From positions 1-27,083 of IMG/VR virus record IMGVR_UViG_3300037461_001076: 27,083 bases of DNA. One strand, 5' to 3'. Position numbers and translations under genes: made by a program. The notes beneath the pieces are model-generated. The model was not told where the DNA came from. It was given only the letters and a program-made list of their open reading frames with translations, and made no database searches. Below are positions 1 to 8,656 of this stretch, in pieces. The DNA comes from a virus. Taxonomy: Duplodnaviria; Caudoviricetes. Each line of letters begins with the position of its first letter. Within the stretch, counting starts at the first letter, position 1.

Positions 1-63
1 GGCGTTCTCGCATGCACGATGGTTTTGAGCGTTCTTGTGTCTCACGCGGCGCGGCGGTCGGCC

Positions 64-555
64 GTGGGTAGCCGCGGCCCGACCAAGCAGCGCCTCGGGG
101 TCATCAAGGGCGGCCAGGATCCCGGTCACCAGAAGACAAAGATGCCCGGCGCGCCGCCGGCCTACCGCCCGATCGAGCCGGAGTGGAAGAGCGTCTTCGG
201 CCGCGACAAGCGGGCGGTCGAGGACGCCCACGCGGAGTGGGAGCTGACCGTGCTCGAGCTCGATCGCCGCGGCATGCTCACGAAGACGGACGCGACGACC
301 GTCGTCGACTACTGCCTCTGCCACGCTCGCGTACTGCAGTGCGAGCGCAGGCTGTCGAACAAGGGCTTCGTCGTGCCCGGCCCCAACGGGCCGGTGAAGA
401 ACCCCGTCGCCATGCTCCTCAACCAGTGGCGGCAGAACCTGCAGCGCCACCGCACCGACCTCGGCCTCTCGCCGATGGCGCGCATGCGGCTGGGCCGCGA
501 AGAGGAGACCCCACCCGACGATGAATCCGACCTCAACGAAGCGCCGCCAGTCTGA
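64..555 (+). CDS. terS: Phage terminase small subunit (P27-like)
   Basis: ORF directly upstream of and overlapping the large subunit. It has the LDRRGMLTKTD..VVDYC..GPNGPVKNP..LGLSPMARMRL pattern of P27-type small terminases. GTG at 64 (MGSRGP) is preferred over ATG at 19. Confidence 0.88.
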   Translation: MGSRGPTKQRLGVIKGGQDPGHQKTKMPGAPPAYRPIEPEWKSVFGRDKRAVEDAHAEWELTVLELDRRGMLTKTDATTVVDYCLCHARVLQCERRLSNKGFVVPGPNGPVKNPVAMLLNQWRQNLQRHRTDLGLSPMARMRLGREEETPPDDESDLNEAPPV

Positions 556-2116
556 GGCCGCGAGGGCTGCCGGCGACCGCGCCGTGCAGTTCTTCTGCAA
601 GCGGCTCTACCTCACCAAGGGCCGCCCGGTCCCCTTCGTCCCCACGCCCGACCAGGCGGCCTACCTGCGGGCCGTCTTCGGCACCCTGAACCCGGACGGC
701 CGGCGCAAGTACCGGACGATCTACCGCGAGATCCCGAAGAAGAACTCGAAGACGACCGACACCGCCGGCTGCCTGCTCAAGTGCCTCTTCGACGAAGACG
801 AGTACGGCGGCGAGGTCTACTCCGCGGCGGCGACGCGCGACCAGGCCGGCCAGACGTACCGCAAGATGGCCGCCTCGGTGCGGCGCTCGCCGGCGCTGTT
901 CCCGAAGTTCCGCGGCAAGCCGGTCAAGCTCTACGACCGCGACAAGCGCATCTACGTCGCCGCCCTCGACGCCTTCTACCAGGCGCTCTCCTCGGACGCA
1001 AACTACGAGGACGGCATCGAGCCCTCGGCCGCCGCGGTGGACGAGCTCCACCGCCACCGGACGCGCGACCTGCTCGACGTCGTGCAGGAAGGCATGGGCG
1101 CCCGCGACCAGCCGCTCCTCTTCATCAACACGACGGCTGGCGCCTTCCAGACCGGCCCGGCGTGGGACATGCACTGCTACGCGACCGACGTCCTCGCCGG
1201 CATCGTCGACGACCCCACCTTCTACGCCCAGATCTACGCCGCGCCGGCCGCCGCCGACTGGGAGGACGAGGCGGTGTGGTATGCCTGCAACCCGATGCTC
1301 CGGGCGGGCATCCTCGACATCGAGGACTTCCGCCGCGCCCACCGCCAGGCGCAGCGCATCCCCACGGCGAAGACGGCCTTCCTGCGACTGCGCCTCAACC
1401 AGTGGGTGGCGACCAGCGAGGCGTGGCTCGACGTCACCGCGTGGGACGCCTGCGGCAGGAGCTCGAGCCCTGAGGTCATCGCCAGGCGCAACGCCGGCCG
1501 GCCGTGCTTCGGCGGTCTCGACCTCTCCTCGACCTCAGACTTCACCGCGCTCTCCTGGTGGTTCCCCAACGACGACGACGACGGCGCCGACGTCTTCACC
1601 CGCCTCTGGGTGCCCGAGGGCTCGCTCGACAACCGCGCCCGGATGCGCGACGACATCCGCGCCTGGGCACGCGCCGGCTACGTCGAGCTCGTGCCCGGCA
1701 CGCGCATGGACTACCGCGCCGTGGCGGCGCAGATCGCCGAGGACTGCCACACCTTCGACGTGCAGGCGCTGGGCTTCGACCCCTGGCACGCACCGCACAT
1801 CATCACGCTCCTCGACGAGTTCGACCTCGACCGCCTCGAGATGGTCAAGGTCAACCAGTACCCGTCGGTCATGAACGCCCCCTGCCGGCTGTTCGAGAAG
1901 ATGGTCGCCGACGGCACCCTCGACCACGGCGGCTCGCCGCTGCTCCGCTGGCAGGCGTCGAACGTGATCGCCGAGGTCAACCCCTACGAGGCGATGCGGC
2001 CCTCGAAGCGGCGCTCGGGCGACTCCATCGACGGCATCACCAGCATGCTGATCGCCCTCGAGCGCGCCATGGCCCCGCGTGAGAAGCGCGGCTACGCCGG
2101 CGTCGTCGCCGTCTGA
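521..2116 (+). CDS. terL: Phage terminase large subunit (HK97-like)
   Basis: Walker A-like IPKKNSKTT, Walker B AVDELH, coupling motif NTTAG, nuclease motifs GGLDLSSTSDFTA, FDPW and SIDG. Confidence 0.96.
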   Translation: MNPTSTKRRQSEAARAAGDRAVQFFCKRLYLTKGRPVPFVPTPDQAAYLRAVFGTLNPDGRRKYRTIYREIPKKNSKTTDTAGCLLKCLFDEDEYGGEVYSAAATRDQAGQTYRKMAASVRRSPALFPKFRGKPVKLYDRDKRIYVAALDAFYQALSSDANYEDGIEPSAAAVDELHRHRTRDLLDVVQEGMGARDQPLLFINTTAGAFQTGPAWDMHCYATDVLAGIVDDPTFYAQIYAAPAAADWEDEAVWYACNPMLRAGILDIEDFRRAHRQAQRIPTAKTAFLRLRLNQWVATSEAWLDVTAWDACGRSSSPEVIARRNAGRPCFGGLDLSSTSDFTALSWWFPNDDDDGADVFTRLWVPEGSLDNRARMRDDIRAWARAGYVELVPGTRMDYRAVAAQIAEDCHTFDVQALGFDPWHAPHIITLLDEFDLDRLEMVKVNQYPSVMNAPCRLFEKMVADGTLDHGGSPLLRWQASNVIAEVNPYEAMRPSKRRSGDSIDGITSMLIALERAMAPREKRGYAGVVAV

Positions 2117-2120
2117 TACG

Positions 2121-2165
2121 TAAAATGCACCCGCGCCGGTGCATCCCGTCTCCCTAGAGTCGCCT
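2121..2165 (+). promoter_or_regulatory. Putative late promoter/operator upstream of the head genes
   Basis: Inverted repeat ATGCACC-N6-GGTGCAT (2125-2144) and a TAGAGT -10-like hexamer (2155-2160). The same layout occurs at 23109-23153. Confidence 0.45.
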
Positions 2166-2189
2166 CAGTAGCTACTCAAGGAGACGCGC

Positions 2190-2345
2190 TTGCTCAGAGT
2201 GCGGGCCGCTCTCGATGCGGCAGGAGCCCTGCTCTTCGGCTCCGGCATAACGTATGGGGCGTACACCCTGCGGCCCTGGCTCGCGGCTGTGGCCGCGGGC
2301 CTTCTCCTGTGCGGCCTCGCCTACGTTCTGGAGCGTCGCCAGTGA
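2190..2345 (+). CDS. Small membrane protein between terminase and portal (51 aa, not on the ORF track)
   Basis: AAGGAG RBS at 2178-2183 and TTG start. MLRVRAALDAAGALLFGSGITYGAYTLRPWLAAVAAGLLLCGLAYVLERRQ has two hydrophobic stretches. Its stop overlaps the portal start (GTGA). Confidence 0.75.
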   Translation: MLRVRAALDAAGALLFGSGITYGAYTLRPWLAAVAAGLLLCGLAYVLERRQ

Positions 2346-3796
2346 GCCTCCTCGCCGCGACGGTGAAGGCGGCCCGCGGCCTCGCCGGCGAGGAGAAGCG
2401 CGCCCTCGGCGAGTGGTCGTGGGACGGCTGGCCCGGCGGCCGCAGCACCGACGCCGGCGTGGCCGTCAACTCCGAGAGCGCGATGCGCCTCTCGGCGGTC
2501 TACGGCTCGCGGCGCATCATCGCCTACACGGTCGCCTGCCTGCCCGCCAGCGTCCTCATGAAGAAGTCGGCCGGCGGCGACCGCACCCTGCGCCTGCCCT
2601 ACAAGCCGCGGCCGGCGTGGCTCTCGACCCCGAACGGCGAGCAGACCTGGCCCGAGTTCGTCGCCCAGGCGGTCGACTCGCTGCTCGGCAACGGCAACCT
2701 CTTCCTCGACGTCAAGCAGAAGGGCCCGCAGGGCTGGCCGGCGGCGCTCTACGTGATCAACCCGACGCAGATCGTCCTCGGCCGCAACACCGAGGACAAC
2801 GAGCTCTTCTACGCCACGGTCAAGGGCCAGCTCATCCCCCGCGGCGACATCGTCCACGTCCGCGCCCTCACGCTGCCCGGTCACGACCTCGGCCTCTCGC
2901 CGATCGAGATGGCGCGGCAGGAGGTCGGGCTGGGCCAGGCGGCGCAGAAGTTCTCGGCCAAGTTCTACGTCAACGGGGCCACGGTCTCGGCGCTCCTCGA
3001 GTTCCCCGCCGACATGAGCGAGGAGCAGGTTCGCGAGCACGCCGCGACCTTCAAGGAGCTCTACACCGGCGGCCCCGACAAGGCGCACTCGGTGGCCGCG
3101 GTCGCCGGCGGCACCTACCGCCCGATGGGCATCACGCTGGAGCAGGCGCAGTTCCTCGAGAGCCGCCAGTTCACCGTGGTCGACATCGGCACGCGGATCT
3201 ACGGCGTGCCCCCGCACCGTCTCGGGGCGATGCTCGACAAGCCGCAGTTCGGTAACTCGATCGAGCAGCAGAACATGAGCTTCGTGCAGGACGCCATCCT
3301 GCCCTGGACGCGGCTCATCGAGGCCGCCTTCAACCGCTACGTGCTGCCCGACGAAGCCTACCTCCACCTCGAGCTCAACGGCCTCCTGCGCGGCGACGCC
3401 CAGGCCAGGGCGGCCTTCTACCAGACCATGCGCCAGCAGCTCGGCGTCCTGAACGCCGACGACATCCGCGCCCTCGAGGACATGAACCCGCTGCCCGACG
3501 AGAAGGGCCAGGCGTACTGGATGCCGGCCAACACCTACCTCATCGGCAACGAGGGCTTCCCCATCCTGCCCGAGCGCCAGGCCGAGCCCCGTAGCCTGCC
3601 CGACCCGCTCGACCCGATCCGCACCGAGAAGGTCAAGCTGATCCGCGAGCGCGCCGCCCAGGACCGCGAGCGCGGCCGCGACGAGGACGCGACCCGCGCC
3701 TTCGCTCTGAAGGTGCTGGGGCCGCTCTCCGAAGCCTACCGCAGCGCCGGCCGCGCGCTCGACACCGACGCCCTTCTCGAGGAGGCACTCTCATGA
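2342..3796 (+). CDS. Portal protein, HK97 family
   Basis: Motifs SAMRLSAVY, LLGNGN, GLSPIE, QAQFLESRQF..I..IYGVPP, NSIEQQ, LLRGD, DIRALEDMNPLP. Start taken at GTG 2342, coupled to the upstream ORF. Confidence 0.95.
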   Translation: MSLLAATVKAARGLAGEEKRALGEWSWDGWPGGRSTDAGVAVNSESAMRLSAVYGSRRIIAYTVACLPASVLMKKSAGGDRTLRLPYKPRPAWLSTPNGEQTWPEFVAQAVDSLLGNGNLFLDVKQKGPQGWPAALYVINPTQIVLGRNTEDNELFYATVKGQLIPRGDIVHVRALTLPGHDLGLSPIEMARQEVGLGQAAQKFSAKFYVNGATVSALLEFPADMSEEQVREHAATFKELYTGGPDKAHSVAAVAGGTYRPMGITLEQAQFLESRQFTVVDIGTRIYGVPPHRLGAMLDKPQFGNSIEQQNMSFVQDAILPWTRLIEAAFNRYVLPDEAYLHLELNGLLRGDAQARAAFYQTMRQQLGVLNADDIRALEDMNPLPDEKGQAYWMPANTYLIGNEGFPILPERQAEPRSLPDPLDPIRTEKVKLIRERAAQDRERGRDEDATRAFALKVLGPLSEAYRSAGRALDTDALLEEALS

Positions 3797-4440
3797 GCGA
3801 CTACGAGGTCCGCACCTTCCCGATCGGCGAGCTGCGCATCGTCGACGGTGACGACGGCCGGCCGCGGCTCGAGGGCCGCGCCATCGTCTACGACGCTCTC
3901 TCCGAGGACTTCGGCTCCTGGCGCGAACGCTTCGCGCCCGGCTCCGTGCGCCTCGACCCCGACCTGCTGGCGCTCTTCGACCACGACACCAGCATGGTGC
4001 TCGGCCGCGTCTCCGCCGGCACCCTCGAGGCGGTCAACGGCCCCGAGGGCGTCGACATCCGCGCCTTCCCCCCGGACACGACCTGGTCCCGCGACATGCG
4101 GGTCTCGATGGAGCGCGGCGACATCCGTCACATGAGCTTCCGCTTCCGGCCGGTCGAGGACGACGTCGCCGTCATCGACGGCCAGGTCATCCGCACCGTG
4201 CTCGACGCCGAGGTCAGCGAGGTCTCGGTCGTCTCCATGCCCGCCTATCCACAGACCACGGCCGAGCTCCGCAGCCGCGTCGACGAGCTGCGCGAGGCCG
4301 TATCCACACCGAGCGTGACGGACGTCGAGGAGCCGGGCGGATCGCCCGAGGAACCGGCGCCCGAGGGCGGATCGCCCGAACGTATCTTCATGGCAGGAGG
4401 GCGCATCCTCACCCTCCCCGACACTCCGAAAGGAGCGTGA
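3793..4440 (+). CDS. Prohead maturation protease, HK97 family
   Basis: Motifs ERFAPGS, ALFDHD, HMSFRF, EVSVVSMPAYPQT. ATGA overlap with portal. Confidence 0.95.
   Translation: MSDYEVRTFPIGELRIVDGDDGRPRLEGRAIVYDALSEDFGSWRERFAPGSVRLDPDLLALFDHDTSMVLGRVSAGTLEAVNGPEGVDIRAFPPDTTWSRDMRVSMERGDIRHMSFRFRPVEDDVAVIDGQVIRTVLDAEVSEVSVVSMPAYPQTTAELRSRVDELREAVSTPSVTDVEEPGGSPEEPAPEGGSPERIFMAGGRILTLPDTPKGA
4335..4379. repeat. Two copies of the palindromic 15-mer GGGCGGATCGCCCGA
   Basis: Exact copies at 4335-4349 and 4365-4379, 30 bp apart. Each is GGGCG-GAT-CGCCC and encodes GGSPE. Confidence 0.8.
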
Positions 4441-4446
4441 TCCTCA

Positions 4447-5613
4447 GTGCGCGATTATTCCAGCACGATCGCCGAGATCGAGGCCATCGAGGCCGAAATG
4501 CGGGCGATCACCCAGAAGGACGAGCCGAGCGTCGACGACAAGGCGTTCCTGCTCAAGGCACAGGGTGAGGTCGACGCCCTGCGCAAGGTCGCGAACGAGC
4601 TGCACGACGTCCAGGTGGCCGAGCTCCGCCGGCTGGCCGAAGAGTCGAAGCCGCAGTTCCCGGGCTCGACCGACAAGCGCGCCCAGCTCCTCGAGTTCCG
4701 CGACCGCCTCAAGAGCATGCGGCCCGGCGAGGAGATCGAGCTCGTGCCCGACGGCGAGCAGCGCGCCTGGGCGTCCAACACCGGCTCGGGCTCCTACCTC
4801 GTGCCGCAGGAGTGGCACGACAAGGTCGAGGAGTACCGCTTCGAGGTCAACTGGCTGCGCTCCGAGGGCGCGACCGTGGTCCGCACCGCCTCGACGCACA
4901 ACATCCCGGTCCTCTCGGCCAACGGCACGGCCGCGATCGTGGGCGAGAACACCGCCTACACCAACTCCGAGCCGACGATCAGCCAGGTCATCCTCTACGC
5001 CTACAAGCTGACCGACAAGGTGCTCGTCAGCGAGGAGACGCTCGAGGACACGGTCTACGACCTCGAGGGCGCGCTCGCCAAGAGCATGGGCTACAGCTTC
5101 GGCAAGGCCGAGCTCTCGTACGGCATGACCGGCACGGGCTCCAGCCAGCCGACCGGCATCTTCAACAAGGACGCCGACCTGACGACCGACACCCAGGCCA
5201 TCATGACGGCGAACGAAGTGCTGGAGACGATCTACGGCCTCTCCGCGGAGTACCGCGACGACGGCTGCGTCTTCATGATGGACAACACGATGGCCTACTA
5301 CCTGGCCCAGACGCTCACCCCGGTGACCACGTCGGGCGGCCAGAACTACATGTTCCCCGGCCTCATGGACGGGATCCGGCCGAACATCTTCGGCTACAAG
5401 GTCAAGCTCGCCTCGGCGATCGCCGACAAGGCCGCGTCCGCCAAGGTGCTGGCGTTCGGTAACCCGGTCCACTACCTGATCGGCGAGCGTGGCCCGATGA
5501 CGGTCAAGCGCCACGAGCTCTCCGAGTACCAGACGACCTTCGCCTTCAAGCAGCGCTACGACTCGAAGCCGCTCAACGCGAGCGCCTTCTACGTCGTCGC
5601 CCTGCACGCCTGA
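4447..5613 (+). CDS. Major capsid protein, HK97 fold with N-terminal scaffolding (delta) domain
   Basis: Coiled-coil-like first ~100 aa, then GSYLVP, GTGSSQPTGI, PNIFGYKV, FGN. AAGGAG RBS. Follows the protease. Confidence 0.95.
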   Translation: MRDYSSTIAEIEAIEAEMRAITQKDEPSVDDKAFLLKAQGEVDALRKVANELHDVQVAELRRLAEESKPQFPGSTDKRAQLLEFRDRLKSMRPGEEIELVPDGEQRAWASNTGSGSYLVPQEWHDKVEEYRFEVNWLRSEGATVVRTASTHNIPVLSANGTAAIVGENTAYTNSEPTISQVILYAYKLTDKVLVSEETLEDTVYDLEGALAKSMGYSFGKAELSYGMTGTGSSQPTGIFNKDADLTTDTQAIMTANEVLETIYGLSAEYRDDGCVFMMDNTMAYYLAQTLTPVTTSGGQNYMFPGLMDGIRPNIFGYKVKLASAIADKAASAKVLAFGNPVHYLIGERGPMTVKRHELSEYQTTFAFKQRYDSKPLNASAFYVVALHA

Positions 5614-5625
5614 TCGGGTGACGTC

Positions 5626-5808
5626 GTGAAGCTCCACTGGATCAAGACAGAGGACACGCCCTTCAGGCACGTCGATGAGGGCACCGTGGCCGAGGTCGAC
5701 GACGACGAGCTCGCGAAGCGCCTCATCGCCGAGGGCATCGCCGAGCCGGTGGTCGAGAAGGCGGAGCGCGCCGTCAAGCCCAAGGGCAGGACGGCGACCA
5801 GAAAGTGA
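5626..5808 (+). CDS. Small head-associated hypothetical protein (60 aa)
   Basis: GTVAEVDDDELAKRLIAEGIAE plus a basic tail, typical of small ORFs that follow capsid genes. Confidence 0.7.
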   Translation: MKLHWIKTEDTPFRHVDEGTVAEVDDDELAKRLIAEGIAEPVVEKAERAVKPKGRTATRK

Positions 5809-5813
5809 GCGAC

Positions 5814-5844
5814 GCGGGGGCGGGCCTCGGTGGCCCGCCCCCGC
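5814..5844 (+). terminator. GC-rich 13-bp hairpin (terminator/attenuator or RNA stabiliser)
   Basis: GCGGGGGCGGGCC-TCGGT-GGCCCGCCCCCGC perfect stem, intergenic, no U-tract. Confidence 0.55.
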
Positions 5845-5862
5845 CGAGAAGGAGAGAGCGAT

Positions 5863-6297
5863 ATGCCGCTGACCGAACGCAAGTACAGCATCGGCCTCGC
5901 CTACGCCTCGGGCACCGCCGACCGCACCGGAGCCGCGTGTGACATGAGCGGCTACCAGGAGGTCGACATCATCGTGTCCCTGGGCGCCGTCGAGGCCGGC
6001 GGGACGAACTCGATCAAGGCGCAGTCCGACGACAACTCGAGCTTCAGCTCGGCCCAGGACATCGCCGGCACCGCGCAGACGGTCGCCGACGACGACGACA
6101 GCCAGGTGTTCATCATCCACATCTCGAACCCGCCCGAGCGCTACGTGCGGGCCTACATCGACAAGGACACCTCGCACGCCTGCGCCGAGAGCGTCCTGTA
6201 CGTGCGGCACAAGCCCGACACCAAGCCGCAGACCAACGACGCGACGGACGCGGTCACGACCGAGTCCTTCGTCTATCCGGCCGTCGGCACTGCCTGA
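5863..6297 (+). CDS. Probable capsid decoration/structural protein (144 aa)
   Basis: AAGGAG RBS and ATG at 5863. Beta-rich sequence (DMSGYQEVDIIVSLG...RYVRAYI) located right after the capsid genes. Function inferred from position. Confidence 0.55.
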   Translation: MPLTERKYSIGLAYASGTADRTGAACDMSGYQEVDIIVSLGAVEAGGTNSIKAQSDDNSSFSSAQDIAGTAQTVADDDDSQVFIIHISNPPERYVRAYIDKDTSHACAESVLYVRHKPDTKPQTNDATDAVTTESFVYPAVGTA

Positions 6298-6306
6298 CCA
6301 TGAGGG

Positions 6307-6338
6307 GCCGGGGGCGGGGCGGACCCCCCGCCCCCGGC
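6307..6338 (+). terminator. GC-rich 13-bp hairpin at the end of the head genes
   Basis: GCCGGGGGCGGGG-CGGACC-CCCCGCCCCCGGC perfect stem, intergenic. Confidence 0.6.
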
Positions 6339-6365
6339 GGACGAGACTGAGAGGAAGAGGAAGCG

Positions 6366-7001
6366 ATGGCTGACGAGGAGACGGCACTGTTCACCGTCGC
6401 CGAGGCGCGCGTCTTCCGTCATGCCGGGGACGCGCCGCTCGCCGACCTGGCGATCCCCGACGACGACATCGAAGCCTGCGAGCTCGAGGTCCGCGACGTC
6501 TTCATGCGGGCCTGCGGGACCGACTTCTTCCCCACCGAGTACACCGAGATCCACGACGGCAACCCGACCAACGTGCTGCGCGTCGCGCGCCGGAGCCCGA
6601 CCAAGGAGCACCCCCGCCAGGCGATCACCGTGACCGCGGCGTCGATCGACGCCGCGTTCACGGTGGGCGAGCTGGCCTACCTGAAGGGGCACCCCGACGG
6701 GCGGATCGTGCGCACCGACGGCAACTCGTGGAGCTCATCGACGGGCTACGACGACCTCGCCGTCGAGGTCGAGTACACCGTCGGCTGGGCCGCCGTCCCC
6801 AAGGCGGTCAAGTACGCGGCGCTCAAGTACGCGGTCCACAAGATCCTCGGTTCCGACATCCCCGACCGCGCCACCTCGATGCACTCGGGCGACGTCTCCT
6901 ACTCGTTCACCTACGCCGGGAACGCGCCGCACTGGACCGGCCTCCCCGAGGTCGACGCCGTGCTCACCGCCTACCGCGAGAACGAAGCGGTGATCGCGTG
7001 A
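6366..7001 (+). CDS. Head-tail adaptor/connector protein
   Basis: FTVAEAR N-terminus, TEIHDG, VEVEYTVGWAAVPKAVK, VDAVLTAYR C-terminus, and position. Confidence 0.8.
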   Translation: MADEETALFTVAEARVFRHAGDAPLADLAIPDDDIEACELEVRDVFMRACGTDFFPTEYTEIHDGNPTNVLRVARRSPTKEHPRQAITVTAASIDAAFTVGELAYLKGHPDGRIVRTDGNSWSSSTGYDDLAVEVEYTVGWAAVPKAVKYAALKYAVHKILGSDIPDRATSMHSGDVSYSFTYAGNAPHWTGLPEVDAVLTAYRENEAVIA

Positions 7002-7474
7002 CCACGGCGGCCTCCACGGTCCTCGCCCTGCCGTCGGCGCTGCGCGACCTGCTCGAGGTGCGTGGCGGCCTCTCCGGGGTCGCCATCCTCACCGGCCCGC
7101 GCCAGGTTCCGGCGGGCACCGACGTGCTCGCCATCGAGAAGGTCAGGGCGCGCGGCGTGCGCTCGACCTTCGGGCGCCGCGACGAGGAGGGCTCGTTCAC
7201 CATCGTCGCCGACGTCGAGAAGGGCGGCGCCGGCGAGGACGCCATCGAGGCGGCCCGCGAGCGCTGCGCCGAGCTGCTCGACGAGGTCGTCGCCGCCATC
7301 GACCCGGAGACCGGCGATGCGACCATCGGCGGCACCGTCCTGACCTCCGGCGAGAGCATCGAGTTCGAGACCGTCGACAACTACATCGGCGAGCGCGGCG
7401 GCGCCGGGTCGCGCGGCACCACAGCCTCGGTGACCGTCTCGTTCAAGGCCCACGTCTACCCGGGAGAGTCCTGA
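6998..7474 (+). CDS. Putative tail terminator/completion protein (158 aa)
   Basis: GTG at 6998 overlaps the adaptor stop. Contains EAARERCAELLDEVVAAID..DATIGGTV and a terminal beta strand. Lies before the tail tube. Confidence 0.6.
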   Translation: MTTAASTVLALPSALRDLLEVRGGLSGVAILTGPRQVPAGTDVLAIEKVRARGVRSTFGRRDEEGSFTIVADVEKGGAGEDAIEAARERCAELLDEVVAAIDPETGDATIGGTVLTSGESIEFETVDNYIGERGGAGSRGTTASVTVSFKAHVYPGES

Positions 7475-7632
7475 TGAAGCTGACCTACAGCGGCCCCCGC
7501 GAGGCCGTCCTGGTCCCCGACGCGGGTCTCACCGTGGAGCGGGACACACCGACAGAAGTCCCCGACGCCTTGGCGGAGCAGCTGCTCAAGCGCCCCGGCT
7601 GGAAGCGGCTGACGACTCGAAAGGAGCGCTGA
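7474..7632 (+). CDS. Small hypothetical protein (52 aa, not on the ORF track)
   Basis: TGATG coupling. MKLTYSGPREAVLVPDAGLTVERDTPTEVPDALAEQLLKRPGWKRLTTRKER. Its 3' end carries the AAGGAG RBS of the tail tube gene. Confidence 0.75.
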   Translation: MKLTYSGPREAVLVPDAGLTVERDTPTEVPDALAEQLLKRPGWKRLTTRKER

Positions 7633-7633
7633 G

Positions 7634-8647
7634 ATGGCACACACAGTAACCAGATTGCCGCGGGGCGCAGACGGGCAGCTCGGCTACAAGGTCGAGAGCA
7701 CGCACGGCACGGCGGTCACGGTCGACGAGTTCCGCCGCCACATCCTGCCGCTCGGCATCAAGCCGCGCATCGGGCGCTACAAGAGCGAGGCGTTCGTCCC
7801 CGGTCTGCACACGCGCTACATCTCCGGCGACGTCATGTACAACGACGGCGGCGAGGGTCAGGTCAAGGTCGAGCTCACGCGCCTCGACATGCTGGAGCTC
7901 CTGCGCTGGGCCGTGGGTGGCACGCCGACCTCGGCGGCACAGGGCGGCACGAACGCCTACCTGCACACCTTCGAGCCCGGCTCGATGAGCGCCGCCGGCA
8001 CGAGCCTCACCATCCAGGAGGGCATCCCGAGCTACGCCGGCGTGGTCGAGCCCTTCACCTTCGCAGGCTGCAAGTGCAAGAGCTTCGAGCTCTCCGGCGA
8101 GCCCGACTCTATCGTCGTCTTCACGGCCGACGTCGACGCGCAGAGCTACAGCCACGCGACCGACCTCGAGACCCCGACCTACCCCGCGACCCACGTCCCC
8201 TGGGTGTGGACCAACGCCGCCGTCGTCAAGCGCGCCGGCTCGGCGCTCGCCGCGGTCAAGAGCTGGAAGTTCTCCTGTGACAACGGCCTCAAGGCCGACG
8301 GCCGCTACTTCGACGGCACGGGCAAGCGCTTCGAGCCCCGCGAGGACGCCTACCGCGAGCCCACGCTGGAGCTCGACGTCGACCTCGCCGACCTCTCCCT
8401 GACCTTCGACGACATGGCCTCAGACACCGGCCGGGCGTGGGTCGTCGAGTACGTCGGGGCCCTGGCCGACACGGGCTACTACTACACCTTCCGGCTGACC
8501 ATCCCCGCCGGCTACATCGTCTCCGACCCGCCGGGCGCCGACTCGGCCGAGGAGCCCGCCGGCTCGACGCTGACCATCGAGGCCCGCGACAACGGGACCG
8601 ACGCGCCCTACAAGATCGAAGTGATCTCCACAGAGACCGCGGTGTGA
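7634..8647 (+). CDS. Major tail tube protein
   Basis: QLGYKVESTHGT, YLHTFEP, SLTIQEG, FAGCKCKSFELS, strong RBS, and position upstream of the chaperone and tape measure. Confidence 0.85.
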   Translation: MAHTVTRLPRGADGQLGYKVESTHGTAVTVDEFRRHILPLGIKPRIGRYKSEAFVPGLHTRYISGDVMYNDGGEGQVKVELTRLDMLELLRWAVGGTPTSAAQGGTNAYLHTFEPGSMSAAGTSLTIQEGIPSYAGVVEPFTFAGCKCKSFELSGEPDSIVVFTADVDAQSYSHATDLETPTYPATHVPWVWTNAAVVKRAGSALAAVKSWKFSCDNGLKADGRYFDGTGKRFEPREDAYREPTLELDVDLADLSLTFDDMASDTGRAWVVEYVGALADTGYYYTFRLTIPAGYIVSDPPGADSAEEPAGSTLTIEARDNGTDAPYKIEVISTETAV

Positions 8648-8656
8648 GGCGGGCGG

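Noticed and set aside
1-63. cos packaging site upstream of terS
   Set aside because: Plausible by position, and GCGTTCT occurs twice, but the upstream context is missing so it cannot be supported.
4444-6387. Long minus-strand ORFs (e.g. 4444-6387, 9787-11259, 11334-12833, 15097-16779, 25446-26975)
   Set aside because: Antisense shadows of real GC3-rich genes, with no motifs or RBS and low-complexity composition.
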